The notes under the pieces: generated by a model | What the model was told of the DNA's origin: nothing | The model's input: the letters and a program-made list of their open reading frames with translations, nothing else | Database searches by the model: none | From: Candidatus Heritagella intestinalis | Lineage (GTDB): Bacteria > Bacillota > Clostridia > Oscillospirales > Acutalibacteraceae | Reading direction: 5' to 3' | DNA length: 64,000 nucleotides | NCBI GenBank assembly: GCA_904418995.1 | Contig: CAJFQF010000002.1 | Location: forward strand, 30,223-94,222 | Shown here: positions 9,071-18,406 of the stretch, one piece after another | Position numbering within the stretch: the stretch's first letter is position 1 | Layout of the letters: each line of letters begins with the position of its first letter | Made by a program: the position numbers and the translations under genes

Positions 9071-9916
9071 GTGAAAGAAAAAAATATCGCTTATCGCTGT
9101 GATGGCAGCTTTCGCGGCATTTTGTGCTGTGTCTACGAGATGTATACCCGTAAAGAGTTCCCAGCCCAAATTCTCACCCCGGACAGCCCTGCCACCCTAT
9201 ACCCGGAACGGGAAATCCTCACCCAGGAGGCCCATGCCGGGCGCGTGTGGCGCTCCCTGCCCAAAAAGCTGGGGGCCCGGGGCGCCCGGATGGTTCGCGA
9301 CGGCTTTCTGACCTGTGTGCCGGAGAAAGAAATGCTTCTGTGCCGATTTATTGCCCGGGGTTATGAGCTGGGGCCCAGTGTGGCGGATATGCTGGCAGAT
9401 GAGACGGTTCATGCCTTGCACAGCGCCCTGAAGCATTTATACAACGAAGCGCACCTTTTCCGGGGATTCGTGCGGTTTTCCATCCATGACCGGGTGATGA
9501 CCGGGGCTATTACCCCTAAAAACCGTGTGCTGCCGCTGCTGAAATCGTATTTCTGCGACCGTTATCCCAGCGAAGCCTTTTTACTCTATGATAAAACCCA
9601 CCGGGAAGCCCTGATTCACCGGCCGGGCCAGGCACTGCTGCTGCCGGTGGAGGAATTTACCCCGCCATCTCCAGATGAAGAGGAGCGCAGTTATCGCCAG
9701 ATGTGGCGGAAGTTTTATGATACTGTGGCGATTCGGGAAAGGGAAAACCCCCAATGCCGCATGAGCCATCTGCCCAAGCGGTATTGGGGGGATATGACGG
9801 AGTTTCAGGAACCCGAGGGCGAGAGCGTCAGGAGCGCTTCGCGTCTTCCTGGCGTGCCCACCGGAGGAAGGTGTCCTGGGCTACCGAGAGCCGGCGGGCA
9901 GCTTCCCGGGAATTGA
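9071..9916 (+). CDS. TIGR03915-family putative DNA repair/metabolism protein (DUF4130-like) with an anomalous C-terminal extension
   Basis: Usual partner of the upstream radical SAM gene. Family-like ending ...LPKRYWGDMTEF is followed by about 37 extra G/P/R-rich residues that overlap the convergent recombinase gene. GTG 9071 has the RBS GGAAAGGAGAG upstream. Confidence 0.6.
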   Translation: MKEKNIAYRCDGSFRGILCCVYEMYTRKEFPAQILTPDSPATLYPEREILTQEAHAGRVWRSLPKKLGARGARMVRDGFLTCVPEKEMLLCRFIARGYELGPSVADMLADETVHALHSALKHLYNEAHLFRGFVRFSIHDRVMTGAITPKNRVLPLLKSYFCDRYPSEAFLLYDKTHREALIHRPGQALLLPVEEFTPPSPDEEERSYRQMWRKFYDTVAIRERENPQCRMSHLPKRYWGDMTEFQEPEGESVRSASRLPGVPTGGRCPGLPRAGGQLPGN

Positions 9917-10436
9917 TTTTTCCACTGGTCCACAAAGCCCTGACCGCAGGGAATTCTTTGGGAATGACTTTCCGGGGCCGGCCAAATTTGACGCCCCGTG
10001 CCTTTGCGGCGGCGATGCCCTCTGCCTGACGCTGGCGGATATTTTCCCGCTCTGTCTGGGCCACATAGGAGAGAAGCTGCAAAACAATGTCCGCAATGAG
10101 GGTGCCGATGAGGTCGTTTTCCCGGCGGGTATCCAGCAGGGGCATATCCAGCACCACAATGTGGACCTTTTTCTGTTTCGTCAAAAGGCGCCACTGCTCC
10201 AAAATTTCCTGATAGTTCCGCCCCAGGCGGTCGATGCTTTTGACTACCAGGATGTTTCCGGGCTTCAAAAGCCGGAGCAGGCGCTGGTATTGGGGCCGCT
10301 GGAAATCCTTCCCGCTCATTTTGTCCATGAAGATCCGCCTGGCCGGAATCGGAAATTCCTGCAAAGCAATGAGCTGGCGGTCTTCGTTTTGTTCCCTGGT
10401 GGATACCCTTATGTATCCATAGGTCTTTTCGTCCAT
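9828..10436 (-). CDS. small serine recombinase (resolvase/invertase family)
   Basis: YGYIRVSTREQ catalytic-serine motif, SIDRLGRN, C-terminal HTH (SREAARRLSVAQDTFLRW). 202 aa. Confidence 0.9.
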   Translation of the reverse strand: MDEKTYGYIRVSTREQNEDRQLIALQEFPIPARRIFMDKMSGKDFQRPQYQRLLRLLKPGNILVVKSIDRLGRNYQEILEQWRLLTKQKKVHIVVLDMPLLDTRRENDLIGTLIADIVLQLLSYVAQTERENIRQRQAEGIAAAKARGVKFGRPRKVIPKEFPAVRALWTSGKINSREAARRLSVAQDTFLRWARQEDAKRS

Positions 10437-10654
10437 AACAATTCCTCCATTTTTTCAGCCTGCGCCTGATTTCAGGAAATATGCATTTCTAAAATCCGGC
10501 GCGGAATTTTACCCCGGGCGACGGCAGCGCGCGTCTGCCCTTTGGTTTGTAATCCATAGTATCACAAGGGGGAAGAGGGCGAAAGCGGGAGGCCGCCACT
10601 GGGATTTTCTTGGAAGATGGGGTATAATAAGAGAAAAGGCGAAAATCGGGAGGG

Positions 10655-12061
10655 ATGTTTGTGAGCCGCTTGGAGGAATTGCAGGAGATTCGGAAGGCCC
10701 AAAAAGAAACTTTGGAGTGTGGGCTTCTTCGGGAAACCAAAGCCCGCCAGGCCCGTTTGGGAACGCTGTATCAAGCCATGAAAAAGTGGGAGCCCCAGCT
10801 TTTGGAGGCCATGCAGGCGGATTTGGGAAAGCCGCCTTTTGAATCCTATATTGCCGAGCTGGGGATGGTTTATGGGGAGCTCCGGGAAGCCATTCGATGC
10901 CTGCCCAAATGGAACCGTCCGGTGCGGGGAAAGACGGGAACGGCCAGCTTTCCGTCCCGGGGCTACCGTTTGCCGGAGCCCATGGGGATGGCCCTGATTT
11001 TCTCCCCGTGGAATTATCCGGTACAGCTGACCCTTGCCCCGCTGACGGCGGCTTTGGCGGCGGGATGCCCCTGTGTGCTGAAGTTGTCCCCGTATTCCGT
11101 CAACACCTCCCGGGTGTTGGAGGCCATGCTGGAAGAAGCGTTTCCCCGGGAGGAGGTGGCGGTATTCCAGGGAGGGGCCCGGGAAAACACCCTTTTGCTG
11201 GAACAGAAATGGGATACGATTTTCTTTACCGGCAGCCCCAAGGTGGGGCGGGTGGTGATGGAGGCAGCTTCCCGCCATTTGACCCCGGTGACGTTGGAAC
11301 TGGGAGGGAAAAGCCCGGTGATTGTGGATAGGACGGCTGACTTGGATTTGGCTGCCCGGCGGATTGTCTGGGGAAAGCTCCTGAATTCCGGCCAGACCTG
11401 TGTGGCCCCGGACTATGTGCTGGTGCATCATTCCCAGGTAGAGGCCCTGACCCGGCGGCTTCTGGAAGCGGTGAAAGCCTTTTATGGAGAGGAGCCCCTT
11501 CAAAGCCGGGATTATGGGCGCATCATCAATGAGAAGCATTTTCAGCGGCTGCGGGGCCTGTTGGAGCGGGCGGAAGAAGAGGGCTGCCGCCTGCATCGGG
11601 TGTCCCCCACTCCCTGGAACCCGGAAACCCGGCAGATTGCCCCCACTGTGCTCACAGAGGTCACCTGGGACAGCGCGGTGATGGAGGAGGAGCTTTTCGG
11701 CCCGATTCTGCCGGTGCTGCCTTATGATTCTCTGAAAGAAGCCGTTGACCGGGTAAACAGTCGGCCTCGGCCCCTGGCCCTGTATGTGTTCACTAACCGC
11801 CGGGAGACCGCCCGTTATCTGCTTCGGGAAATCCCCTTTGGCGGAGGCTGCGTCAATGATACAGTGCTGCACCTCACTGCCCCGGGGCTTCCCTTTGGGG
11901 GCCTGGGGGAGAGCGGCATGGGCCAGTATCACGGCAAGGCGGGGTTTGATGTGTTCACCCACTACAAAAGCGTGTTGGTTTCTTCCCGGCGGGTAGATTT
12001 GCCGGTACGGTATGCCCCTTATGGGAAGTTTGAAAAGCTGGCCCGGTTCCTGATGAAATAA
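10655..12061 (+). CDS. NAD(P)-dependent aldehyde dehydrogenase (class 3-like)
   Basis: FSPWNYP, ELGGKSP and GQTCVAPDY catalytic-Cys motifs. 468 aa. Confidence 0.9.
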   Translation: MFVSRLEELQEIRKAQKETLECGLLRETKARQARLGTLYQAMKKWEPQLLEAMQADLGKPPFESYIAELGMVYGELREAIRCLPKWNRPVRGKTGTASFPSRGYRLPEPMGMALIFSPWNYPVQLTLAPLTAALAAGCPCVLKLSPYSVNTSRVLEAMLEEAFPREEVAVFQGGARENTLLLEQKWDTIFFTGSPKVGRVVMEAASRHLTPVTLELGGKSPVIVDRTADLDLAARRIVWGKLLNSGQTCVAPDYVLVHHSQVEALTRRLLEAVKAFYGEEPLQSRDYGRIINEKHFQRLRGLLERAEEEGCRLHRVSPTPWNPETRQIAPTVLTEVTWDSAVMEEELFGPILPVLPYDSLKEAVDRVNSRPRPLALYVFTNRRETARYLLREIPFGGGCVNDTVLHLTAPGLPFGGLGESGMGQYHGKAGFDVFTHYKSVLVSSRRVDLPVRYAPYGKFEKLARFLMK

Positions 12062-12090
12062 AGGAACGCCAGTAAAAGGAGGAATCTTCC

Positions 12091-12849
12091 ATGACAGACA
12101 GCTTGCAGGATATCAAAACTTTGGCCCAATGGGTGGATGAGAGCCGCCGGATTGCCTTTTTCGGCGGAGCAGGGGTGTCCACGGAGAGCGGAATTCCCGA
12201 TTTCCGAAGCGAGGACGGCCTATACCGCCAGCGGTTTTCCCGTTCCCCGGAAGAGATGCTCAGCCGGGAGTTCTTTGACGCCTGCCCGGAGGAGTTTTTC
12301 GATTTTTATCGGGCTAAGATGGTGGCCCCTAACGCCAAGCCAAACCGGGCCCATGAGGTTTTGGCCGCCTGGGAGGCCCAGGGCCGTCTTTCAGCCGTGA
12401 TTACCCAGAATATCGACGGCCTGCACCAAATGGCCGGCAGCCAAAATGTCTTGGAGCTTCACGGCTCTGTCCACCGGAACCGGTGCATGGCCTGCGGCAA
12501 GGAGTGGTCTTTGGAATATGTGCTCCAAAGCCAGGGGGTTCCCCGGTGTACCTGCGGCGGCATCGTCAAGCCGGAGGTAGTGCTCTACGGGGAATCCTTG
12601 GATTCCTCTGTGCTGTTCCAGTCGGTGCAGGCGTTGGAGCAGTCGGATTTGCTCATTGTGGGCGGCACCAGCCTGGTGGTCTATCCGGCGGCGGGCCTGC
12701 TCCAATATTACCGGGGACGGCGGATGGTCCTCATCAACCGGTCGGAAACCAGCGCGGACCGGGATGCGGATTTGTGCTTCCGGGGGAAAATCGGGGAGGT
12801 GCTGGCCAAAACAGAAAGGGAACGCCAACAGCTCCATGTATCCAGCTAA
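12091..12849 (+). CDS. cobB: NAD-dependent protein deacylase, Sir2 family
   Basis: GAGVSTESGIPDFRS, TQNIDGLH, and a Zn ribbon CxxC...CxC. Confidence 0.9.
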   Translation: MTDSLQDIKTLAQWVDESRRIAFFGGAGVSTESGIPDFRSEDGLYRQRFSRSPEEMLSREFFDACPEEFFDFYRAKMVAPNAKPNRAHEVLAAWEAQGRLSAVITQNIDGLHQMAGSQNVLELHGSVHRNRCMACGKEWSLEYVLQSQGVPRCTCGGIVKPEVVLYGESLDSSVLFQSVQALEQSDLLIVGGTSLVVYPAAGLLQYYRGRRMVLINRSETSADRDADLCFRGKIGEVLAKTERERQQLHVSS

Positions 12850-12864
12850 TGGGTATCATTTACA

Positions 12865-12918
12865 TAAAAAAGCCCGCCTCCTGGCTGTCACAAGCCATGG
12901 GAGGCGGGCTGAAATTTT
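12865..12918. terminator. bidirectional terminator between convergent genes
   Basis: Stem AGCCCGCCTCC / GGAGGCGGGCT flanked by A6 and TTTT. Confidence 0.7.
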
Positions 12919-12931
12919 GCTGTCAGGGGAA

Positions 12932-13528
12932 TCAAGAAGACACCCGGGAGGGCTCTTGGCCCTGGGAGATGGTTGCGGCATGCTGCAAATCCCGAATCTT
13001 CTTGCGGCGGACGGTGTCCAGCCGGAAGCGGTTATAGCGCTGGATAATCGCAAAGGGCAGGTTGCCCAGCACGACCAGAGCGCCAAAAATCAATCCCAGG
13101 GGGAAGGCGTTAATCACAATAAGCACCACGGCGCACAGGCAGTTGGCCAGATGCATCCATTCTCCCCGGCAGGTCTCCATAATAAATTCATCCAGATATT
13201 CCAGGGAAAGATCCGTGATGTGGGATTTAGAAAACCCGTCTTTGGCGACAAACTGGGGAACTTTATCCTTCCAGAGCTGGATTTTCAGGTGGTCTTTATA
13301 CCAGCGGCCGCCTTTTTCCCAGTGCTTAGGTTGATAACGCTTGCGCTGGCTGTCAAAAACATCTCTGGGAAGGCGTACACAGAGGATAAATACCACCACA
13401 TGCCACCCGGCCACCAAGGCGATGTTACAGAGCAGCACAGCAAACGGACTGAAACTTTTCAGCACGGCTTCGTCTTCCTTTCCATCAAAATCTACATATG
13501 CAGTGTAGAGATCCGGCGATTCCGGCAT
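12932..13528 (-). CDS. CrtO-family membrane acyltransferase-like protein (glycosyl-4,4'-diaponeurosporenoate acyltransferase family)
   Basis: METCRGEWMHL and NLPFAIIQRYNRFRL match the staphylococcal CrtO signature as I remember it. Hydrophobic segments are present. Confidence 0.6.
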   Translation of the reverse strand: MPESPDLYTAYVDFDGKEDEAVLKSFSPFAVLLCNIALVAGWHVVVFILCVRLPRDVFDSQRKRYQPKHWEKGGRWYKDHLKIQLWKDKVPQFVAKDGFSKSHITDLSLEYLDEFIMETCRGEWMHLANCLCAVVLIVINAFPLGLIFGALVVLGNLPFAIIQRYNRFRLDTVRRKKIRDLQHAATISQGQEPSRVSS

Positions 13529-13656
13529 CTACTTTCTTATTCTGTATTATAGAACCCAAAGAAGGTTTTTTTATTCTTTAAAAGAATTAAAAAAGATTTG
13601 GGAATTTGTCTAACCGGGCTGAGAGGAACATGTGAAATTTGTAAAAGATTTGTAAA

Positions 13657-13944
13657 TTATTCTGTAAAAAAGAGGGAGAGCAGGTTTCGTTTCCGCCGGC
13701 GGCAGACGGTGCCGGAACGCACCAAAATGGTTTCCTCCCCGATTACCTGGATATCCTCCCAGCGGATTACCAGGTCGTCCTCCCGGCCCAAAAGCCCTAG
13801 CAGCCGAGGCCGGCCGTAGACAATCAGGGCGGAAAGGCAGGCGCCCTCGGTGTCCAGCTCTATATCGCCCACATAGCCCAGCCGGGCCCCGTTCTGCAGG
13901 CTGATGACCTCCCTGCGCTTGAAATCGGCCAATCTGCAAATCAT
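13657..13944 (-). CDS. ylmC: YlmC/YmxH-family sporulation protein (PRC-barrel)
   Basis: REVISLQNGARLGYVGDIELD and the family layout. About 95 aa from ATG 13944. Confidence 0.7.
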   Translation of the reverse strand: MICRLADFKRREVISLQNGARLGYVGDIELDTEGACLSALIVYGRPRLLGLLGREDDLVIRWEDIQVIGEETILVRSGTVCRRRKRNLLSLFFTE

Positions 13945-14093
13945 AAGGGTCAGCACTCCTTTCTGCGGTTTCAGAACCTTTCTTTCTTCATTTCTATGCG
14001 GCCGTTGTGTTTTGTTTTCCTCTATGGTACAATAAGAAAAAAGCCGCTTTCGGGATTTTCCCCAAAAGCGGCCCGGAAAGGCAGAGAGGTTCC

Positions 14094-14627
14094 ATGAATA
14101 TTTGGCATGACATTTCCCCGAAGCGGATTCACCCGGAGGACTTCTACGCGGTCATTGAGATTACCCGGGGCGGAAAAGTAAAATACGAGCTGGACAAGGA
14201 AACTGGCCTGCTGATGATGGACCGTATCCTTTATACCTCTACCCATTATCCCGCCAACTACGGTTTTATTCCCCGGACCTACGCCCAGGACGGGGACCCT
14301 CTGGATGTGCTGGTGCTGTGCTCTGAGAAGATTGAGCCCCTATCCCTGGTGCGCTGTTACCCCATCGGGGTGATCATCATGGAAGACGGCGGCGAGAAAG
14401 ACGAAAAAATCATCGCCATTCCCTTTAACGACCCCACCTACAATACCTACCGGGATATCCGGGAGCTGCCCACCCATATTTTTGCGGAAATGAGCCACTT
14501 TTTCTCCGTGTATAAGCAGTTGGAAACCGGGAAGAAAACAGAAATTGATGATGTGCGGGACCGGGATTCCGCTTTGGAGATTATCAAAAGCTGTATGGAC
14601 CGGTATTTGGACGATTTCTGCCGGTAA
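14094..14627 (+). CDS. ppa: inorganic pyrophosphatase (family I)
   Basis: YELDKETG, NYGFIP and DGDPLDVLVL motifs. The RBS lies upstream of ATG 14094. Confidence 0.95.
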   Translation: MNIWHDISPKRIHPEDFYAVIEITRGGKVKYELDKETGLLMMDRILYTSTHYPANYGFIPRTYAQDGDPLDVLVLCSEKIEPLSLVRCYPIGVIIMEDGGEKDEKIIAIPFNDPTYNTYRDIRELPTHIFAEMSHFFSVYKQLETGKKTEIDDVRDRDSALEIIKSCMDRYLDDFCR

Positions 14628-14643
14628 ACTTTTTATCCAAGAA

Positions 14644-14679
14644 GGGCCTTGGGAAAATTTGTCTCCCAGGCCCTTTTTT
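14644..14679 (+). terminator. rho-independent terminator after ppa
   Basis: Stem GGGCCTGGGA-type (GGGCCTTGGGA / TCCCAGGCCC) followed by T6. Confidence 0.75.
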
Positions 14680-14694
14680 CGGCCCTGTGGGGCG

Positions 14695-15477
14695 CTATAG
14701 GTCTTTTTTTATTTTCTCCAAGGCGCCCTTTTCCAGCCGGGAAACCTGGGCTTGGCTGATGCCGATTTCCGCCGCCACTTCCATCTGGGTTTTGCCCTGG
14801 AAAAACCGCAGGGAGAGGATGCGTTTTTCCCGCTGGTTCAAATCGTTGACCGCCTGCTTCAGGGCAATTTCGTCCAGCCAGTTCCGGTCATCGTTTTTGT
14901 CTCCCACCTGGTCCATGACGTAGATGGTGTCGCCGCCGTCGGAGAACACCGGTTCATAGAGGGAGAGGGGCTCCACAATGGCCTCCAGGGCCAGCACCAC
15001 ATTTTCCCGCTTGACCCCAATGGCCTGGGCAATCTCTTCCACGCTAGGCTCGGCTCCCTTTTCGGCGGTCATTTTTTCCCGGGCCTGCATGGCTTTATAG
15101 GCGATGTCCCGCATGGAGCGGCTCACCCGGATGGTGTTGTTGTCCCGGAGATAGCGGCGGATTTCCCCGATAATCATGGGCACGCCATAGGTAGAGAACC
15201 GCACTCCCTGCTCCACATCGAAGTGGTCGATGGCCTTCATCAGCCCGATGCATCCCACCTGGAACAGGTCGTCCAGGTTTTCTCCCCGGTTGGTAAAGCG
15301 CTGGATAACGCTGAGCACCAAGCGCAGGTTTCCGCTGATGAGTTCTTCCCGGGCGCGGCGGGCCTCCTCCGGGGTGCCATCCCGCATGGTCCGGAGAAGC
15401 TCCAGCTTTTCTTTCTCGGTGAGGACCTTCAGCTTGGAGGTGTTGACGCCGCAAATTTCGACTTTATTATACTGCAT
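14695..15477 (-). CDS. sigG: sporulation sigma factor SigG
   Basis: Near-colinear with B. subtilis SigG as I recall it: NKVEICGV, GNLRLVLSVIQRF, DDLFQVGCIGLMK, MIIGEIRRYLRDNN, FFQGKTQMEVAAEIGISQAQVSRLEK. The Met at 15477 matches the family N-terminus. Confidence 0.9.
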   Translation of the reverse strand: MQYNKVEICGVNTSKLKVLTEKEKLELLRTMRDGTPEEARRAREELISGNLRLVLSVIQRFTNRGENLDDLFQVGCIGLMKAIDHFDVEQGVRFSTYGVPMIIGEIRRYLRDNNTIRVSRSMRDIAYKAMQAREKMTAEKGAEPSVEEIAQAIGVKRENVVLALEAIVEPLSLYEPVFSDGGDTIYVMDQVGDKNDDRNWLDEIALKQAVNDLNQREKRILSLRFFQGKTQMEVAAEIGISQAQVSRLEKGALEKIKKDL

Positions 15478-15591
15478 ATTTTTCACCGGCCCTTTCACTG
15501 TGCTACTGTTGTGCGTTTTTTTCATGTTCTGCAGTTTCAGTATGGCCGGATTTTCAAGACTTCATACAACATGGGAAAAGGAGTGAGAAAA

Positions 15592-16935
15592 ATGTTTCAG
15601 ATTGCGATTCCCCAGCCGGTAGAGGAAATCCTCTCGGCCCTGGAAGCGGCCGGATTCCCCGCAGTGGTGGTAGGGGGCTGCGTTCGGGACAGCCTGCTGG
15701 GAAAAACGCCCCATGACTGGGACGTGGCCACCGCCGCCCGGCCGGAAGAAATGAAGCAGGCCCTTTCCCAATTCCGTTTGGCGGAGACCGGCATCCGTCA
15801 CGGGACCCTCACCGTGCGCAACCAAGGGGAGGCAGTGGAAACCACTACGTTCCGCCAGGACGGCAGCTACGGCGACAGCCGCCACCCGGACACCGTCACC
15901 TTTACCCGGAGCCTGGAAACTGACCTTTCCCGGCGGGATTTCACCGTCAACGCCATGGCCTACTCCCCGAAAAGAGGGCTGGTGGACTTGTTTGGCGGCC
16001 AGGAGGACTTGCAGGCCAAGGTGCTGCGCTGTGTGGGGGACCCGGAACAGCGCTTTACCGAGGACGCCCTGCGGATTGTCCGGGCCATGCGGTTTTCGGC
16101 GGTGCTGGATTTTTCCATCGAGCCGGCCACCGGTGAGGCAATTTTGGCCCAAAAGGAGCGGCTGCGGTATTTGGCCCGGGAGCGCATTGCCGATGAACTG
16201 AAAAAGCTCCTCTGCGCCCCGGGAGCGGCCCGGATTCTAGGGGCGTTTGCCCCGGCGGTGTGGGAGATGATTCCCGAGCTGGAACCCTGTTTTGGACAGC
16301 AGCAGTACAACCCCCACCACTTCGGCACGGTATGGGAGCACACCCTGGCGGCATTGGAGCACGCGGAGCCCATTTTGCCGGTGCGTCTGGCGGTGCTGCT
16401 TCACGATATTGGCAAGCCGGCCTGCTTTTCCCGGGAGGAAAACGGGGTAGGGCACTTTTACGGCCACGCCGCCAAAAGCACCGAGATAGCCGATGCGGTT
16501 TGCCGGAGCCTGCGGCTGGACAATGCCCTGCGAGAGCGGGTGATGCTTCTGGTGCGGTATCACGACGGCCCCATGATTGGCAATGAAAAGCTCATCCGCC
16601 GGCGGCTGCGGCAGTTAGGGGAGGAGGCCTTCTTCCAGCTCCTGGCCGTGCAGACGGCGGACACCTTGGGCCAGGCGGAGCCTTATCGCTCTCAGCGGCT
16701 GCCCCAGCTGGCCCAGGTGGGGGAGCTGGCCCGGCAGATTTTAGCGGAACGCCCCTGCCTGACTATGGACGCCCTGGCCATTTCCGGCCGGGACTTAATC
16801 GCCGCCGGCATGAACCCCGGCCCGGAGATGGGGCGGGTGCTCCGCCGGCTTTTGGAAGCGGTGTCCGAAGGGGAGCTCGACAATACCTCGGCTGTTTTGC
16901 TAAATTACGCACAACAAATTCGTGAGAAAATCTAA
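15592..16935 (+). CDS. cca: CCA-adding tRNA nucleotidyltransferase with HD domain
   Basis: GGCVRDSLLG, DWDVAT, RRDFTVNAM and LLHDIGKP motifs. ATG 15592 has the RBS GAAAAGGAGTG upstream. The 5' part of the listed 14752..16935 ORF is an antisense shadow of sigG. Confidence 0.9.
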   Translation: MFQIAIPQPVEEILSALEAAGFPAVVVGGCVRDSLLGKTPHDWDVATAARPEEMKQALSQFRLAETGIRHGTLTVRNQGEAVETTTFRQDGSYGDSRHPDTVTFTRSLETDLSRRDFTVNAMAYSPKRGLVDLFGGQEDLQAKVLRCVGDPEQRFTEDALRIVRAMRFSAVLDFSIEPATGEAILAQKERLRYLARERIADELKKLLCAPGAARILGAFAPAVWEMIPELEPCFGQQQYNPHHFGTVWEHTLAALEHAEPILPVRLAVLLHDIGKPACFSREENGVGHFYGHAAKSTEIADAVCRSLRLDNALRERVMLLVRYHDGPMIGNEKLIRRRLRQLGEEAFFQLLAVQTADTLGQAEPYRSQRLPQLAQVGELARQILAERPCLTMDALAISGRDLIAAGMNPGPEMGRVLRRLLEAVSEGELDNTSAVLLNYAQQIREKI

Positions 16936-16951
16936 TCTTTTGTTTATGATG

Positions 16952-16979
16952 TTGCTTTTCTCTCGAATTATGGTATAAT
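16952..16979 (+). promoter_or_regulatory. sigma70-type promoter upstream of the GH13 gene
   Basis: TTGCTT, 16-nt spacer, TGgTATAAT. About 115 nt of GC-rich leader follow before ATG 17096. Confidence 0.5.
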
Positions 16980-17095
16980 AGGAAAGGTCGCTTCTGGCGA
17001 CGGCCGAAGCTGCTCCGCTGCTCGGCCCTGTAAAATACCATGGCGCTGCGGCGGCGCAAACTGCATGGCTGCGGCAGAAGGGAGTAGGAGTTACT

Positions 17096-18403
17096 ATGTG
17101 GGCATACGAATCTGTGTTTTATCAAATCTATCCGCTGGGGTTCTGTGGGGCCCCGCTTTCCAATGATGGGGTGCAGGCACCCCGTATCCGCAAGGTGGAG
17201 GAGTGGATTCCTCACCTGCAAGCCCTGCACATTGGGGCCATTTATTTTTCCCCCATATTCGAGTCGGACAACCACGGCTATGACACCCGGGATTTCACCA
17301 AAATTGATTGCCGCTTGGGCAGCAACGAGGATTTCAAGGCCGTTTGTCAGGCACTGCACAAGGCCGGCATCCGGGTAGTGCTGGACGGCGTTTTCAACCA
17401 TGTGGGCCGGGGCTTCTGGGCTTTCCAGGATGTCCTGCGCAACCGGGAGGGTTCCCCCTATAAGGACTGGTTCTGCATCAATTTCGGCGGCAACAACGGC
17501 TACAACGACGGCCTCTGGTATGAGGGCTGGGAGGGCCACTTTGAGCTGGTGAAGCTGAACCTGCGGAACCCGGAAGTGGTGGAATATCTTCTGCATTGCA
17601 TCCGGGGCTGGGTAGAGGAGTTCGATATTGACGGCCTGCGTCTGGATGTGGCCTACAGCCTGGACTTGGACTTTCTGCGCCGGCTGCGGAGCTTCTGCGA
17701 CAGCCTGAAGCCGGAGTTTTTCCTCCTGGGGGAGATGCTCCACGGGGACTATAACCAGCGCATGAACGACCAGATGCTCCATAGCGTCACCAACTATGAG
17801 TGCTATAAGGGCCTGTATTCCAGCTTTAATTCCATGAATCTGTTTGAAATCGGATTTTCTCTGAACCGGCAGTTCGGCCCGGAAAACTGGACCCTGTATA
17901 AGGGCAAGCACCTGCTGAATTTCGTGGATAATCACGATGTTACCCGGGTAGCCAGCATTCTCACCGAGCCCCGGCATCTGAAGCCCATCTACGGCCTGCT
18001 CTTTGGAATGCCCGGCATTCCCTGTGTCTATTATGGCAGCGAGTGGGGCGCCCAGGGGAAAAAGCAGGACGGCGACCCGGCTCTGCGTCCCTGCTTTGAG
18101 AAGCCCGAAGAGAATGACCTGACCCAGTGGATTGCCGCTTGCGCCAAGGCGTTTTCCGGTAGTAAAGCCCTGCAATATGGAAGCTATAAAACCGTGATGC
18201 AGCAGAATCATCAGCTCATTTTTGAGCGGAAGTATGAGGACCAGCGGGTGCTGGTGGCTATCAACGCATCGGCGGAGCCTTATCATGCCCACTTTGACGC
18301 CCAGGCGGGCCGTGCCCGGGATTTGATTACCGGGGAAGTCCACGATTTTGGCGGCGGCAGCGAGCTGCCCCCCTTCTTCGCCGCCTTCCGGGAGATCTTT
18401 TAA
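17096..18403 (+). CDS. GH13 alpha-amylase-family glycoside hydrolase
   Basis: VLDGVFNHVG, DGLRLDVA, LLGEMLHGDY and FVDNHD conserved regions I-IV. Confidence 0.85.
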   Translation: MWAYESVFYQIYPLGFCGAPLSNDGVQAPRIRKVEEWIPHLQALHIGAIYFSPIFESDNHGYDTRDFTKIDCRLGSNEDFKAVCQALHKAGIRVVLDGVFNHVGRGFWAFQDVLRNREGSPYKDWFCINFGGNNGYNDGLWYEGWEGHFELVKLNLRNPEVVEYLLHCIRGWVEEFDIDGLRLDVAYSLDLDFLRRLRSFCDSLKPEFFLLGEMLHGDYNQRMNDQMLHSVTNYECYKGLYSSFNSMNLFEIGFSLNRQFGPENWTLYKGKHLLNFVDNHDVTRVASILTEPRHLKPIYGLLFGMPGIPCVYYGSEWGAQGKKQDGDPALRPCFEKPEENDLTQWIAACAKAFSGSKALQYGSYKTVMQQNHQLIFERKYEDQRVLVAINASAEPYHAHFDAQAGRARDLITGEVHDFGGGSELPPFFAAFREIF

Positions 18404-18406
18404 CCC

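Noticed and set aside
9828-10436. The small serine recombinase as the integrase of the prophage
   Set aside because: It lies 12 kb outside the compositional boundary of the prophage. It is separated from it by housekeeping genes, and it is resolvase-sized (202 aa) rather than a large serine integrase.
10562-11962. Long minus-strand ORFs opposite the aldehyde dehydrogenase, GH13, fhs, rpiB and radical SAM genes (for example 10562..11962, 16763..18568, 1704..2561, 4638..5663, 7824..8579)
   Set aside because: Their composition is Gly/Pro/Arg/His-rich and low-complexity, typical of antisense frames in high-GC DNA. Each lies fully inside a confidently identified gene on the other strand.
14752-15591. 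The first 840 bp of the 727-aa plus-strand ORF (14752..16935)
   Set aside because: It runs antisense to the well-supported sigG gene and has no family features. The CCA-enzyme homology begins at the Met at 15592, which has a good RBS. This is a high-GC shadow ORF fused to cca by chance.
16980-17095. Riboswitch in the GC-rich 115-nt leader of the GH13 gene
   Set aside because: Several short hairpins are visible (GTCGC..GCGAC, GGCCGA..TCGGCC). There is no terminator or anti-terminator arrangement and no motif I recognise. The evidence is insufficient.
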